From Ignavibacteriota bacterium (GTDB lineage: Bacteria > Bacteroidota > Ignavibacteria > UBA10030 > CAVZMI01): DNA of 64,000 bases. A program made the position numbers and the translations under genes. The stretch spans positions 128,001-192,000 of the forward strand of contig CAVZMI010000023.1 of assembly GCA_963776275.1 (NCBI GenBank), given 5' to 3'. Positions 27,680 to 37,259 of this stretch are shown piece by piece. Within the stretch, counting starts at the first letter, position 1; every line of letters starts with the position of its first letter. The notes under the pieces are model-generated. The model was given only the letters and a program-made list of their open reading frames with translations, searched no databases and was not told the origin of the DNA.

Positions 27680-27747
27680 GACGCGGACATGAAGTCCGCG
27701 GCTACCGTCTCGCAATAATAAAAAGCATCAGCGATAAGCGCACCCCC
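27680..27747. repeat. REP pair, right flank (direct repeat of 27223-27290)
   Basis: ACGCGGACATGAAGTCCGCGGCTACCGTCTCGCAATAATAAAAAGCATC. Confidence 0.8.
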
Positions 27748-27838
27748 GGATTTCTGCCTCCGGGCGGAAATACAGTACTTTAAAGTACACGACAGACTGA
27801 TTTTACATCTTTCGAGACTGAAAAGGAGGGAGTAAGTT

Positions 27839-28438
27839 ATGCTCCGCGGTTATTGGATAGTTCTGTCTGGACTCTGTCTGTACGCCATTGCAAATATAAT
27901 CTGGAAAGTCGTCGGACGCTCTCGCAAGCGACGTATCGAGCGATTGATGCTAGCGCAGGGTGCGGTTAAACATGAGGATGGTTCAATAACATTTTCAAAA
28001 GGTGGATTCCAATTCTGCCGGAACCTTGTACCCACCGGTGAATACGTCGGAGCTGGAGAGGTTCCGATTTTTTGCGCGATTAACAAGGTCGAACTCGGTG
28101 GAATTCGTCCGGTCCTGGATACTGTGCGAATTTCTCGTCGCAAGTCAATCCTTTCCAGCAATCCGGAGAAACTCAGATTTGAGACGAGTGTCGGTTCAAA
28201 ACGGTTCGTAGGCGAGTTGCACCCGACATCGGGCTATGTGGTCTATGTGTGCGATCGGAGGGATACCGAGAATGCCGGCAGACTGGTGAATGCTTTTCGG
28301 TCGGTGTTAGATGGCGGCTTAGAGAAATCATGGACGGTTGGCCGATCGTATGGATTGATATATCGCCCTCTGATACCGGATGCAGTATGCGGTTCTTCTC
28401 GCTGGACTCGCTGGCAGCCCTTAACAAGCGAAGTATGA
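27839..28438 (+). CDS. Hypothetical protein with an N-terminal TM
   Basis: AGGAGG upstream; 199-aa ORF. Confidence 0.55.
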   Translation: MLRGYWIVLSGLCLYAIANIIWKVVGRSRKRRIERLMLAQGAVKHEDGSITFSKGGFQFCRNLVPTGEYVGAGEVPIFCAINKVELGGIRPVLDTVRISRRKSILSSNPEKLRFETSVGSKRFVGELHPTSGYVVYVCDRRDTENAGRLVNAFRSVLDGGLEKSWTVGRSYGLIYRPLIPDAVCGSSRWTRWQPLTSEV

Positions 28439-28583
28439 TCTCCAGGTTTAACCAGAGCACTTTATCGGCATGCCAAATTCTTCTGGCTGAGTTCGATGGA
28501 AAAAAGTTTATCCCGAGCGAGCGAACGGAGTGAGCGAGTAGAGGGGTAAAAAGTATATCGTTCCGCGAAGCAGTTAAAAAGAC

Positions 28584-28612
28584 AAGAGATAAAGATTGTG
28601 GAGGGGAAATAA
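28584..28612 (+). repeat. 23-bp direct repeat of the type IIG gene 3' end (EIKIVEGK*)
   Basis: AAGAGATAAAGATTGTGGAGGGG is identical to 26975-26997. Confidence 0.8.
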
Positions 28613-28659
28613 AATGAAGGGGCGTGGTAATCAAATTCAGATGAGTATGTTTAAAACGA

Positions 28660-28688
28660 TGTAGGTCGAGCAGTCTGCTCGACCTACA
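28660..28688. repeat. GTAG REP (RAYT1 family)
   Basis: TGTAGGTCGAGCAGTCTGCTCGACCTACA. Confidence 0.8.
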
Positions 28689-28723
28689 GGTTTCTTAAGC
28701 TATCAAGCATGTATTTATCGGAG

Positions 28724-28780
28724 ATGCAGTGCGATCGCATCGACCGCCAAATCGACGAAGCGGTGTATGAGCTATACGGT
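28724..28780 (+). pseudogene. Relic of another type IIG R-M C-terminus
   Basis: Translates [18 protein letters not shown], paralleling IDAIEKQIDTLVYELYG. Confidence 0.7.
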
Positions 28781-28973
28781 CATAGTGCTTTGGGCTATCG
28801 TCCTCCGGCATCAGAATATTTTTACCGTATTCAGCTTGCCAATGCCTTATGAAATCACTAACTTTGTATTGGTATATAATTCGGGGGCAGGTCAATACGG
28901 AGGACTCCAGATCGATCAAGCAAAGCGGTATAAAGATCGGACAAAAACGTACCGAAGAAGGAGGCAAACGACG

Positions 28974-29546
28974 ATGAGCATACTCGGCACACAAACCGAA
29001 AAAAATCTTTTAACGGCCTTCGCAGGCGAATCGCAGGCACGCAATCGCTACACATTTTTTGCGTCGCAGGCGAAGAAGGATGGATTCGAGCAGATTGCAG
29101 CGATCTTTCTTGAGACTGCCGACAACGAAAAAGAACACGCCAAACGATTCTTCAAGTTTCTCGAAGGCGGCAAGGTTGAAATTACGGCAACGTTTCCGGC
29201 CGGCATAATCGGAACCACGCAAGAAAATCTGAAAGCCGCCGCCGATGGTGAACAGGAAGAACACACGGAAATCTACCCGCAGTTCGCCGAGATAGCGAAA
29301 CAGGAGGGTTTCTCTGAGATCGCGCAGGTATTCCGTACCATCGCGACGGTCGAGAAGCACCACGAGTCGCGTTACCGGAAATTATTGAAGAGTCTCGTTG
29401 ACGGTAGCATATTCAAGAAGGAAAAAGTTGTACGCTGGAAGTGCAGGAATTGCGGTTACATACACGAAGGCAAAACCCCGCCGAAAAAATGTCCAGCCTG
29501 CGAGCATCCGGAAGCCTTTTTCGAGATGATCGTCGAAGAGGAGTAA
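28974..29546 (+). CDS. rbr: Rubrerythrin
   Basis: [36 protein letters not shown]; AAGGAGG RBS. Confidence 0.95.
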   Translation: MSILGTQTEKNLLTAFAGESQARNRYTFFASQAKKDGFEQIAAIFLETADNEKEHAKRFFKFLEGGKVEITATFPAGIIGTTQENLKAAADGEQEEHTEIYPQFAEIAKQEGFSEIAQVFRTIATVEKHHESRYRKLLKSLVDGSIFKKEKVVRWKCRNCGYIHEGKTPPKKCPACEHPEAFFEMIVEEE

Positions 29547-29743
29547 CCGAAACGAACTCGGCCTTTATCAGGATGCGCTGCGTTTAAAAAATAATTGCCT
29601 CTCGAAGACTACAGACATAGAGAGACCCAAAAAATGTCGAATGAATAGTAACATGAACCACGAATGATATTGAGTAGATGATGCCAGATTCAAGTCTCGA
29701 GTGCTTATTGTCGATAATATGATTATAAAAGGGAGACATTCAT

Positions 29744-30151
29744 ATGCAGCCATCCAGTTGGGATAAACGATATAGTGTGGCTATCAGTGCCGTTGACATT
29801 CAACATCAAAGTCTCGTTCATATACTCGATGGACTCACGATGTTAGTCATTCAGAAAAAGGAAATCGGTCTAATTAACCCATTACTTGATAATCTTTTCA
29901 CGGGAGTAAAAGAACATTTTGAATGTGAAGAGAATCTTATGAAGAGTCATCATTATCCGTCGTTTACGATTCATAAAGCCATGCATGATGCTTTTTTAAA
30001 GCAATTATCAAAGGATTACTCGAGTTGGAAAGAAGGGAAAGAATCTCTTTCAATCGAAGGAGTATCTCTTCTTAAACGGTGGTTCATAGATCATATTCTC
30101 GGAGTGGACAGACTTTTAACCCCATTCTTCAACCAGAAGGGGCTCTCCTGA
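29744..30151 (+). CDS. Bacteriohemerythrin
   Basis: W...Y.V....VD.QH, HF..EE.LM....YP....H...H, W...HI...D. Confidence 0.9.
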   Translation: MQPSSWDKRYSVAISAVDIQHQSLVHILDGLTMLVIQKKEIGLINPLLDNLFTGVKEHFECEENLMKSHHYPSFTIHKAMHDAFLKQLSKDYSSWKEGKESLSIEGVSLLKRWFIDHILGVDRLLTPFFNQKGLS

Positions 30152-30271
30152 TAAACATTTTTCTATTTTTCTCCCCTAAGCTATTGATTTGTTCCAGCCT
30201 AAAAAAGTTCTTGATTCTTCACCCGAGAAATCATATATTTTATTAATAAATTCTGCAATTTAATAAAATCC

Positions 30272-30344
30272 GGACAGGTAGCTCAGTTGGTAGAGCAAAG
30301 GACTGAAAATCCTTGTGTCGGGGGTTCGATTCCCTCCCTGTCCA
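30272..30344 (+). tRNA. tRNA-Phe(GAA)
   Basis: GGACAGG/CCTGTCC acceptor stem, CTGAAAA anticodon loop, GGTTCGATT. Confidence 0.95.
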
Positions 30345-30350
30345 CACCAG

Positions 30351-30384
30351 TGGGATTTCTTGAGCTGAGGAATCCCATTTTTTG
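30351..30384 (+). terminator. Rho-independent terminator
   Basis: TGGGATTTC..GGAATCCCA-TTTTTT. Confidence 0.7.
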
Positions 30385-30445
30385 TCCCTTTCTTTGTGGA
30401 AAATTTTAGAGAAGATCAAATAATTGTAGAATGATACTCTCTAAC

Positions 30446-30540
30446 ACACCCCGCCCTCCCTTCGGGAGGGCATCCCTCGGCTCGCCCCGCCTTCAGCGGG
30501 ACTCGCTCGGGATAAAGCCCCTCTCAGAGAGAGGGGACTG
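30446..30540. repeat. Nested REP-like palindromes upstream of queC
   Basis: GCCCTCCCTTCGGGAGGGC, CCCGCCTTCAGCGGG, CCCCTCTC..GAGAGGGG. Confidence 0.7.
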
Positions 30541-30574
30541 TAACGATCCGAGATAATTTGCCCAAGAGAGAGCT

Positions 30575-31255
30575 ATGAAAGAAAAGGCCATAGTCCTCGT
30601 AAGCGGCGGTATGGATAGCTGCGTCACGGCAGCAATTGCTTCACAGCTATACTCCATGGCATTTCTCCATATCAATTACGGTCAACGTACAGAACACCGG
30701 GAATTCAAAGCCTTTTCCGACATTGCCGATTTTTATTCCATCCATCAGCGGTTGGTCGTCGATCTTGGACATCTCCGTATCATTGGAGGATCAAGTTTGA
30801 CCGACCCTAACATCCCGGTCGAACGGGCCGATCTTCAACGTGATGGCGTTCCTTCATCCTATGTCCCGTTTCGAAATGCAAACATGCTCTCTGTTGCAAC
30901 GAGTTGGGGTGAAGTCCTGGGTGCTTCAAGAATTTTTATCGGAGCCGTTGAAGAAGATTCGTCAGGGTATCCCGATTGCCGGAAGGAATTTTATGATGCA
31001 TTCAACGCCGTAATCCGGGCAGGGACAAAACCGGGCAAGCAAATTATTGTCGAGACGCCGATCATCAATCTCTCAAAAGCCGATATCGTACGAAAGGGTG
31101 CAGAGTTGAAAGCTCCGTTTCATTTAACATGGTCGTGTTACCAGGCGGAGGACAGCGCATGCGGTGTGTGCGACAGCTGCGCCCTCCGGCTTCGGGGATT
31201 CCGGCAGGCAGGGATCGAAGATCCGCTGCCGTACACTGTTCGTCCCGTTTATTAA
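30575..31255 (+). CDS. queC: 7-cyano-7-deazaguanine synthase
   Basis: SGGMDS, YVPFRN, GYPDCR, TWSCY, CG.CDSC. Confidence 0.95.
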   Translation: MKEKAIVLVSGGMDSCVTAAIASQLYSMAFLHINYGQRTEHREFKAFSDIADFYSIHQRLVVDLGHLRIIGGSSLTDPNIPVERADLQRDGVPSSYVPFRNANMLSVATSWGEVLGASRIFIGAVEEDSSGYPDCRKEFYDAFNAVIRAGTKPGKQIIVETPIINLSKADIVRKGAELKAPFHLTWSCYQAEDSACGVCDSCALRLRGFRQAGIEDPLPYTVRPVY

Positions 31256-31270
31256 TAAACACATAAGGTT

Positions 31271-32190
31271 ATGGAATTACGATCGCGCATCCAATGGATA
31301 TTATTCAATCCGACGAATCATAACTTTCGTTCCGGATGGCGTATTTGCATTTTTATTATTGTTATGTCGTGTCTTACAGCCGGTGCATTTTTCACTGCGA
31401 ATTACTTTTTCCCGGATTCGACGATTGTAATATCGGTTTTCTTGGATGCGGCTCTGATCTGCTCATCGATATTCATGGTCACAGTCATAGACAAACGTCC
31501 GTTCTATTCTTTTGGAATTGCTGTGCGTCGGCGATTTTTTATTGAATGGGGACAGGGACTGTTGATCGCAGGTGTCATGATGACGTTCATTGTTTTTTCA
31601 TTTTTACTTACCGGTACAATTGTCATCACAGGCGAAGGTTTTTCATCGGCGGAGATTGCATCACATCTTCTTAAGGGATTCTTTCTTTTTGCCCTTGCCG
31701 GATTCTGGGAAGAACTTATGTTTCGCGGATATATTTTTCAAACTCTCGTCGAAGGAACAAATCGCCTTATTGCAATTTTGGTGTTTTCGGTCTTTTTCGG
31801 ACTTGCCCATCTCGGCAATCCCCATATTTCGGTGTTTTCAACATTTAATATCATCCTGGCCGGTATTTTTCTTTCTTTGGCATATTTTCGGACAGGGACA
31901 CTCTGGTTCTGCACGGCGTTGCATTTAGGGTGGAATTTCTTCCAGGGAAGCGTCTATTCACTACCGGTGAGCGGTATGGTAACATCTGATATTACTGTAT
32001 CCTATGTGACTCTGACGGGCCCTGAGTGGTTAACTGGGGGTGTTTTCGGCCTGAAGGTGGTATCGCGGCGACTGTCGTTCTGGTTCTGGCATCAATTGTG
32101 ATCTGGAGAGTCCCGTGGATTAAAAATGAAAATCCCCCGGCGGTTATTGACACATCAATTCAATCTGCCGATGGAAAGATAAACGAATGA
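31271..32190 (+). CDS. CPBP/CAAX intramembrane metalloprotease (frameshift near 32050)
   Basis: EELMFRGY, FGLAH..N, LH..WNF; FG(P)EGG restored by adding one C. Confidence 0.85.
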
Positions 32191-33350
32191 ATCTTCAAAA
32201 AATACTTATCGGATTATGCATTGGTCTATGCTGTTATGTGAATGTATCGCCTGCTCAATGGGATACAGATTCAATATTCGATATTCACACACAGCAGGGC
32301 ATTAACGCCGTATATAACCTTGATTTCCCCAATGCAACGAGGGAATTTGAGGCCTTGGTCGCGCTTAAGCCAAAACATCCGGCAGGCCATTTTTTCCTGG
32401 CCATGGTAGAGTGGGAAAAAATTTTAATCGATATTGACGATGAATCGCGCGACGATACTTTCTTTGACATGCTCGACAAAGTGATCGATCTCTGCGATGA
32501 TCGTCTTGATGAAAATCCAAACGACATCACCGCACTCTTTTTTAAAGGAGGAGCTATCGGATTCCGCGGCAGACTTCGTGCCCATCGGAGTCATTGGCTG
32601 CGGGCGGCGAATGACGGTCGACGCGCACTTCCCATCGTGCAAAAGATCCAGGAGCTGGACCGAAATAATTATGACGTTTTGCTCGGCACAGGAATCTATG
32701 ATTATTTCGCCGAAGTTGTTCCTAACGAATATCCGTTTCTGAAGCCATTAATGATTTTTTTCCCGACGGGGAATAAGGAAAAGGGAATACGGGAACTTCG
32801 CCTTGCATCTGAAAAGGCAAAATATGCCGCGGCAGAAGCATCATATTTTTTAATGGAGGTGTACATTAACTATGAACATCAACCCTCGAACGCCTTGATG
32901 CCGGCATTGAAGCTTACAGCCCGATTTCCAAACAACCCGCAATTTGCCCGATATTTAGGGCGGTGTTATGTTCAAACCGGAATCTGGCCCGAGGTGTTCC
33001 GTGTTTTTTCAGATATACGGAGAAAGGGACTCGAACGGATGACCGGATATACAATGAATGTCGTCCGGGAAGCAGAATATTATATTGGAATGTATTATTT
33101 TACCTCTAAGGTATATGAAATGGCTCTCCCGCATTTCTTTGCCTGTGATTCGCTTTCTCGGACGCTTGACCGAAAGAACGGGCCTTCGGGTTTCATGACG
33201 ATGACGAATCTTAGACTTGGACAAATTTACGATCTTCAGGGCAAGCGCGATTATGCACTTCAAGAGTACCGAAAGGTGATCATATTAAATGATTATGAAA
33301 ATGCACATGCCCTTGCCGAACAATACACAAAAACACCTTTCAAATACTGA
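32187..33350 (+). CDS. Secreted TPR protein
   Basis: Signal peptide and TPR-like helices. Confidence 0.75.
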   Translation: MNLQKILIGLCIGLCCYVNVSPAQWDTDSIFDIHTQQGINAVYNLDFPNATREFEALVALKPKHPAGHFFLAMVEWEKILIDIDDESRDDTFFDMLDKVIDLCDDRLDENPNDITALFFKGGAIGFRGRLRAHRSHWLRAANDGRRALPIVQKIQELDRNNYDVLLGTGIYDYFAEVVPNEYPFLKPLMIFFPTGNKEKGIRELRLASEKAKYAAAEASYFLMEVYINYEHQPSNALMPALKLTARFPNNPQFARYLGRCYVQTGIWPEVFRVFSDIRRKGLERMTGYTMNVVREAEYYIGMYYFTSKVYEMALPHFFACDSLSRTLDRKNGPSGFMTMTNLRLGQIYDLQGKRDYALQEYRKVIILNDYENAHALAEQYTKTPFKY

Positions 33351-34114
33351 TGACCGACATTACCATCATATTATTTTTCGGATTTATTGCAGCGTTTGCC
33401 GAGATCATAGGTGCAGCGATCGTGCTTCTCCGGCAGCGATGGCCCCGGAAATTTCAGGAATATCTCCTTGCCCTTGGAGCCGGATTCATCCTCGCGCTCG
33501 TCTTCAGTGAGTTAATTCCAAGGAGTTTCGATGCAATCGGGGCGATCGCAGCAGTCTTTATTATTCTCGGATATGCCGTAATCCATTTGTTCGAGCACAC
33601 CATAGTCGGCCATCTCCACTTTGGTGAAGAAACGCATCATGATGTCATGGTCTCGAAGATCGCCAGTCTCTCTGCATATGCCGGACTTTTCGTCCATGCG
33701 TTTTTTGATGGATTATCAATTTCTGTCGGAATGCATTTCAATTTTTTAGTGGGGCTGTTGATCTTTATTGCTGTCCTGCTGCATAAGATTCCTGAAGGAA
33801 TGACTATTGCTTCGATCATGCTCTCGGCAGACCATACAAAGAAATTTCGATTATGGGCATCGTATAGTCTTGGTGCTGCTACAATGCTGGGAGCATGTAT
33901 GATTTTCATCTTAACGAATGTCGACGTGAGAATCACAGGTATCGCGTTTGCGTTTTCGGCGGGAGCTGGAGCATATGTCGGTGCAACCGATCTTGTTCCC
34001 GAGATCAACAAATCTGAGAACCGCCTTGCTCCGATTATTGTCCTGATAGGGATGCTTCTCTTTTATGGAACGCTGCGCGGACTCGAAATTGTCTCGGGTA
34101 TACACACACATTAA
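33350..34114 (+). CDS. ZIP-family metal transporter
   Basis: HAFFDG, LHKIPEG, His-rich loop. Confidence 0.9.
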   Translation: MTDITIILFFGFIAAFAEIIGAAIVLLRQRWPRKFQEYLLALGAGFILALVFSELIPRSFDAIGAIAAVFIILGYAVIHLFEHTIVGHLHFGEETHHDVMVSKIASLSAYAGLFVHAFFDGLSISVGMHFNFLVGLLIFIAVLLHKIPEGMTIASIMLSADHTKKFRLWASYSLGAATMLGACMIFILTNVDVRITGIAFAFSAGAGAYVGATDLVPEINKSENRLAPIIVLIGMLLFYGTLRGLEIVSGIHTH

Positions 34115-34169
34115 TACGAAATGATCGTTTTAAAAAATGACCATTTCATATCCTGTGATCATGAAAAAA

Positions 34170-35123
34170 TCAGAATGAGGTTGAGATCGAAATCCTGTGA
34201 GTAGCACCTACGGCGCCAAACGAGTTATACGCGTAGTCCACCATGTATCCCTTCACAAGAATTCCACCTCCGAGAGAAAAGCCGGCCATACCTGCCGATG
34301 TTCCGAGTTTTAAATCCAGCCGGCGTTGGTTGTTATAGCCGACGCGGAGTTTTACAACAGAACTGAGCGAGAATTCCCCTCCCAGTGAAAAACATTTAAA
34401 ACGATCGATAAAAGAATTTTCGGCATAATTCAATTGATGAAAATTGATATTAAGCAGGAGGGGCAGGTGTTCAAGCTTTTTCGATATTCCGATGGAAATA
34501 TCGAATGGAAGACTCTCATTTGTACTGATGTATGATTTTGTCTGCCGGCCGATATTGGTGGCACTTACACCGAGTGTGAACAGCTTATCAGGGATATTGT
34601 ACAAGAATCCAATATCGAATCCGACCGCCGTGGAAGTGTATTCAGCAATGGATGAGTAAATAAATTTTGCGTTAATTCCGTACGTCAGATTTTCGTACAT
34701 GAGATTGGAGTAATTGAGTGTGATCGCGAGATCGTTCGCCGTGAACGTCCCGAGTCTATTTCCCAGTTCATCAGTCTGTGCGAACGAGCCATAGTTCACG
34801 TATTGAATTCCTCCGCCCACCCAGCCAAAGTCCTCAATATTTTGTCCGTAGCTGGCAGTACCGGCATTGATATCAACGAGATTCTTAAAAAAGCCGAACG
34901 AAATCTGTCGGGCTTCAAGTGTACCAATGATAGCCGGATTAACGAAGATGCCGTTTGGGTCGTTGACAATGCTTACGAAACTGCCGCCAAGGCCGGCTGC
35001 GCGTGCGCTTGCGTCGGTTCTTAAAAAAGCATACGTGGAATTATCCGCAGCCTGACAGGGAAGCGAAAGAGGAATTATTCCCATGAAAGAAAATAGAAAA
35101 ACCACCAAAGAATTAAGACGCAT
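34170..35123 (-). CDS. T9SS PorQ/PorV-family outer-membrane protein
   Basis: FL....SARAAGLGG, NPA, DYAY...G..G.THRIS. Confidence 0.8.
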   Translation of the reverse strand: MRLNSLVVFLFSFMGIIPLSLPCQAADNSTYAFLRTDASARAAGLGGSFVSIVNDPNGIFVNPAIIGTLEARQISFGFFKNLVDINAGTASYGQNIEDFGWVGGGIQYVNYGSFAQTDELGNRLGTFTANDLAITLNYSNLMYENLTYGINAKFIYSSIAEYTSTAVGFDIGFLYNIPDKLFTLGVSATNIGRQTKSYISTNESLPFDISIGISKKLEHLPLLLNINFHQLNYAENSFIDRFKCFSLGGEFSLSSVVKLRVGYNNQRRLDLKLGTSAGMAGFSLGGGILVKGYMVDYAYNSFGAVGATHRISISTSF

Positions 35124-35248
35124 ATTTATCCTTTTATATAAAGTATAATGTATCGAAATTGGCCGTAAACTTCAACATTTTTCTTCGTTGCAATTCTGAA
35201 AAAAAATCATTAAATTTTAATGCTTAATATTATAAATAGGGAGATTCA

Positions 35249-35476
35249 ATGAAAGCTTCAATTCATCCTGAGTATAAGAAATCGGTCGTTACCTGTATCT
35301 GTGGAAATGTATTCGAGACACGGTCGACAGTCGGTAATATCAAGGTTGAAATTTGTTCAAAGTGCCATCCGTTTTTTACGGGGCGTCAGAAATTGGTAGA
35401 CTCGGCCGGACGTGTCGAGCGCTTCAACAGGAAATACGGAAAGAAAACAACGGAAACGGCATCGCAGGCTTCGTAG
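35249..35476 (+). CDS. rpmE: 50S ribosomal protein L31 (Zn-binding type)
   Basis: [26 protein letters not shown]. Confidence 0.97.
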   Translation: MKASIHPEYKKSVVTCICGNVFETRSTVGNIKVEICSKCHPFFTGRQKLVDSAGRVERFNRKYGKKTTETASQAS

Positions 35477-35511
35477 ACAATGGCCGGCCGCCGTCCAGCA
35501 TGTTGCACAAC

Positions 35512-35545
35512 AAAAACGGAATGAGATGCTCCATTCCGTTTTTTT
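35512..35545 (+). terminator. Terminator after rpmE
   Basis: AAAAACGGAATG..CATTCCGTTTTTTT. Confidence 0.7.
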
Positions 35546-35876
35546 GTTTTTCAATTGTCGATCCTGAATTATCCTGCAAAGCTGCATATGTATGCTCGTT
35601 TTTTTGAATATGATGAATCCGCGGGCAAGTCGCACTTGTTACGATGGAGTGTAGCGAAATACCCGCAGTTTTCCTTCGCGGTGAATTCATACCAAATGGA
35701 CTCCCTCGATGACTTCATAGAAATTATGAACGGTAAAGTGCAAAAGTTACCGGCCCTTTATCCAAAAAAATCCCTTCCCGGAAGGAGGGTGAACTCGATT
35801 CAGAAGGAATTTGTTAAATGTACAGCGGCGCAGTCTTACAAAATATTATCCATATTATCATAGACCGGGTAAGCAA

Positions 35877-37235
35877 ATGACAGCAGAGACAGCCGAACGC
35901 TCGCTCTATGACAGCGTTCGAGGAATTGCGGTAAAAATACTCAATAGGGTTGAACGTACGGACTCGTATCTCGATAAACTCCTCGATAATGAACTCCGCT
36001 CTGACGACCTGAACGATCTGGATAAAGGGCTTCTTAACGAGCTTGTGCACGGAGTTCTTCGATGGCAATTAAAACTCGATTGGGTTATTACAGGATTCTT
36101 TCATGGAAATTACCCGAAGTCGAATGTGAATGTCCGGAATGCTCTTCGAGTAGCCCTGTATCAAATTCTTTTTCTCGAACGCATTCCGTCGTCCGCTGCC
36201 GTAAATGAAGCTGTCGAGATGGTTAAAAGAATTCGCGGACAGAAATCGGCCGATCTTGTCAATGCAGTATTGAGAAACATCGATCGCAATATCGCCGCTA
36301 TCCGTTATCCGGTGGCCGATGAAAATCCAATTCATTACCTGTCTGTCGTCTATTCGCACCCACAATGGATTGTGCGTCGATGGATAGAGCGATACGGTAT
36401 CGAGGGGACAGAGAAGATTCTTGCGGCAAATAATGAAAGACCCCCGATTACTGTGCGGGTGAATCAAATCCGCTCTACAACTGAAGAGATCACGACCCTT
36501 TTTGATACCGCTCATATCCACTATGTAAGGTCTCTCTATATTCCCACTTTTCTTCGGGTCTCAGGGTTAGGGAATGTCGGCAACAATTCGGCGTTTCAGG
36601 AGGGAAAATTTACCGTTCAGGATGAGAGTGCGGGACTCGTATGCCAGCTCGTCTCACCTCAACCCGGTGAGAGAATCATCGATTTCTGTGCGGCACCCGG
36701 CGGTAAATCGACCTATCTTGCAGAGTTGATGCAAAACAAGGGAGAGGTTATCGCAATTGACAAGTACGATATGAAACTGCGGATGATCCGGAGTGCGGCT
36801 GAACGTTTGGGAATAACGATCATTTCAACAATGGAAGCCGATGCAACGATCTACGACGGTAGTGTCGCCGATAAGGTTCTCCTGGATGCGCCCTGTTCCG
36901 GTCTCGGTGTGCTGACGAAGAAGCCCGATATCAAGTGGAAACGGGAACCGGAAGATATTGCAACACTTGTTGAATTGCAGAAAAGACTTTTACACAATGC
37001 AGCACATTTGGTAAGACCGGGAGGTGTGCTTGTCTATAGCACCTGTACTACCGAACCTGAAGAGAATATCGAGTTGATTCGTCGATTTCGTGATACCCAT
37101 CCGGAGTTTATCGTCGACGATGCACGAAAGTATGTTCACGTGGATGTCGTTAATGCGGAAGGTTGTATTGAAACCCTGACAAGTGTTCACGGCATTGATG
37201 GATCGTTCGCGGTACGACTTATTAGGAATCACTGA
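35877..37235 (+). CDS. rsmB: 16S rRNA m5C967 methyltransferase
   Basis: NusB-like N-terminus, D.CAAPGGKS, LLDAPCSG.G, YSTCT. Confidence 0.93.
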   Translation: MTAETAERSLYDSVRGIAVKILNRVERTDSYLDKLLDNELRSDDLNDLDKGLLNELVHGVLRWQLKLDWVITGFFHGNYPKSNVNVRNALRVALYQILFLERIPSSAAVNEAVEMVKRIRGQKSADLVNAVLRNIDRNIAAIRYPVADENPIHYLSVVYSHPQWIVRRWIERYGIEGTEKILAANNERPPITVRVNQIRSTTEEITTLFDTAHIHYVRSLYIPTFLRVSGLGNVGNNSAFQEGKFTVQDESAGLVCQLVSPQPGERIIDFCAAPGGKSTYLAELMQNKGEVIAIDKYDMKLRMIRSAAERLGITIISTMEADATIYDGSVADKVLLDAPCSGLGVLTKKPDIKWKREPEDIATLVELQKRLLHNAAHLVRPGGVLVYSTCTTEPEENIELIRRFRDTHPEFIVDDARKYVHVDVVNAEGCIETLTSVHGIDGSFAVRLIRNH

Positions 37236-37259
37236 TTGTTCGAGGAGAAATATAATACC

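Noticed and set aside
28767-28973. N-terminal extension of rubrerythrin
   Set aside because: The RBS and family N-terminus indicate a start at 28974; the upstream part overlaps the R-M relic.
1-29000. Integron integrase or prophage genes
   Set aside because: No ORF shows tyrosine-recombinase R-H-R-Y motifs or phage structural features; intI, if present, is outside the window.
30272-30344. tRNA-Phe as the integration site of the accessory region
   Set aside because: The island lies 5' of the tRNA, and I saw no duplicated tRNA 3' end or integrase.
35555-35863. 102-aa ORF between rpmE and rsmB
   Set aside because: No RBS or recognisable motif, and it begins next to a terminator; not supportable.
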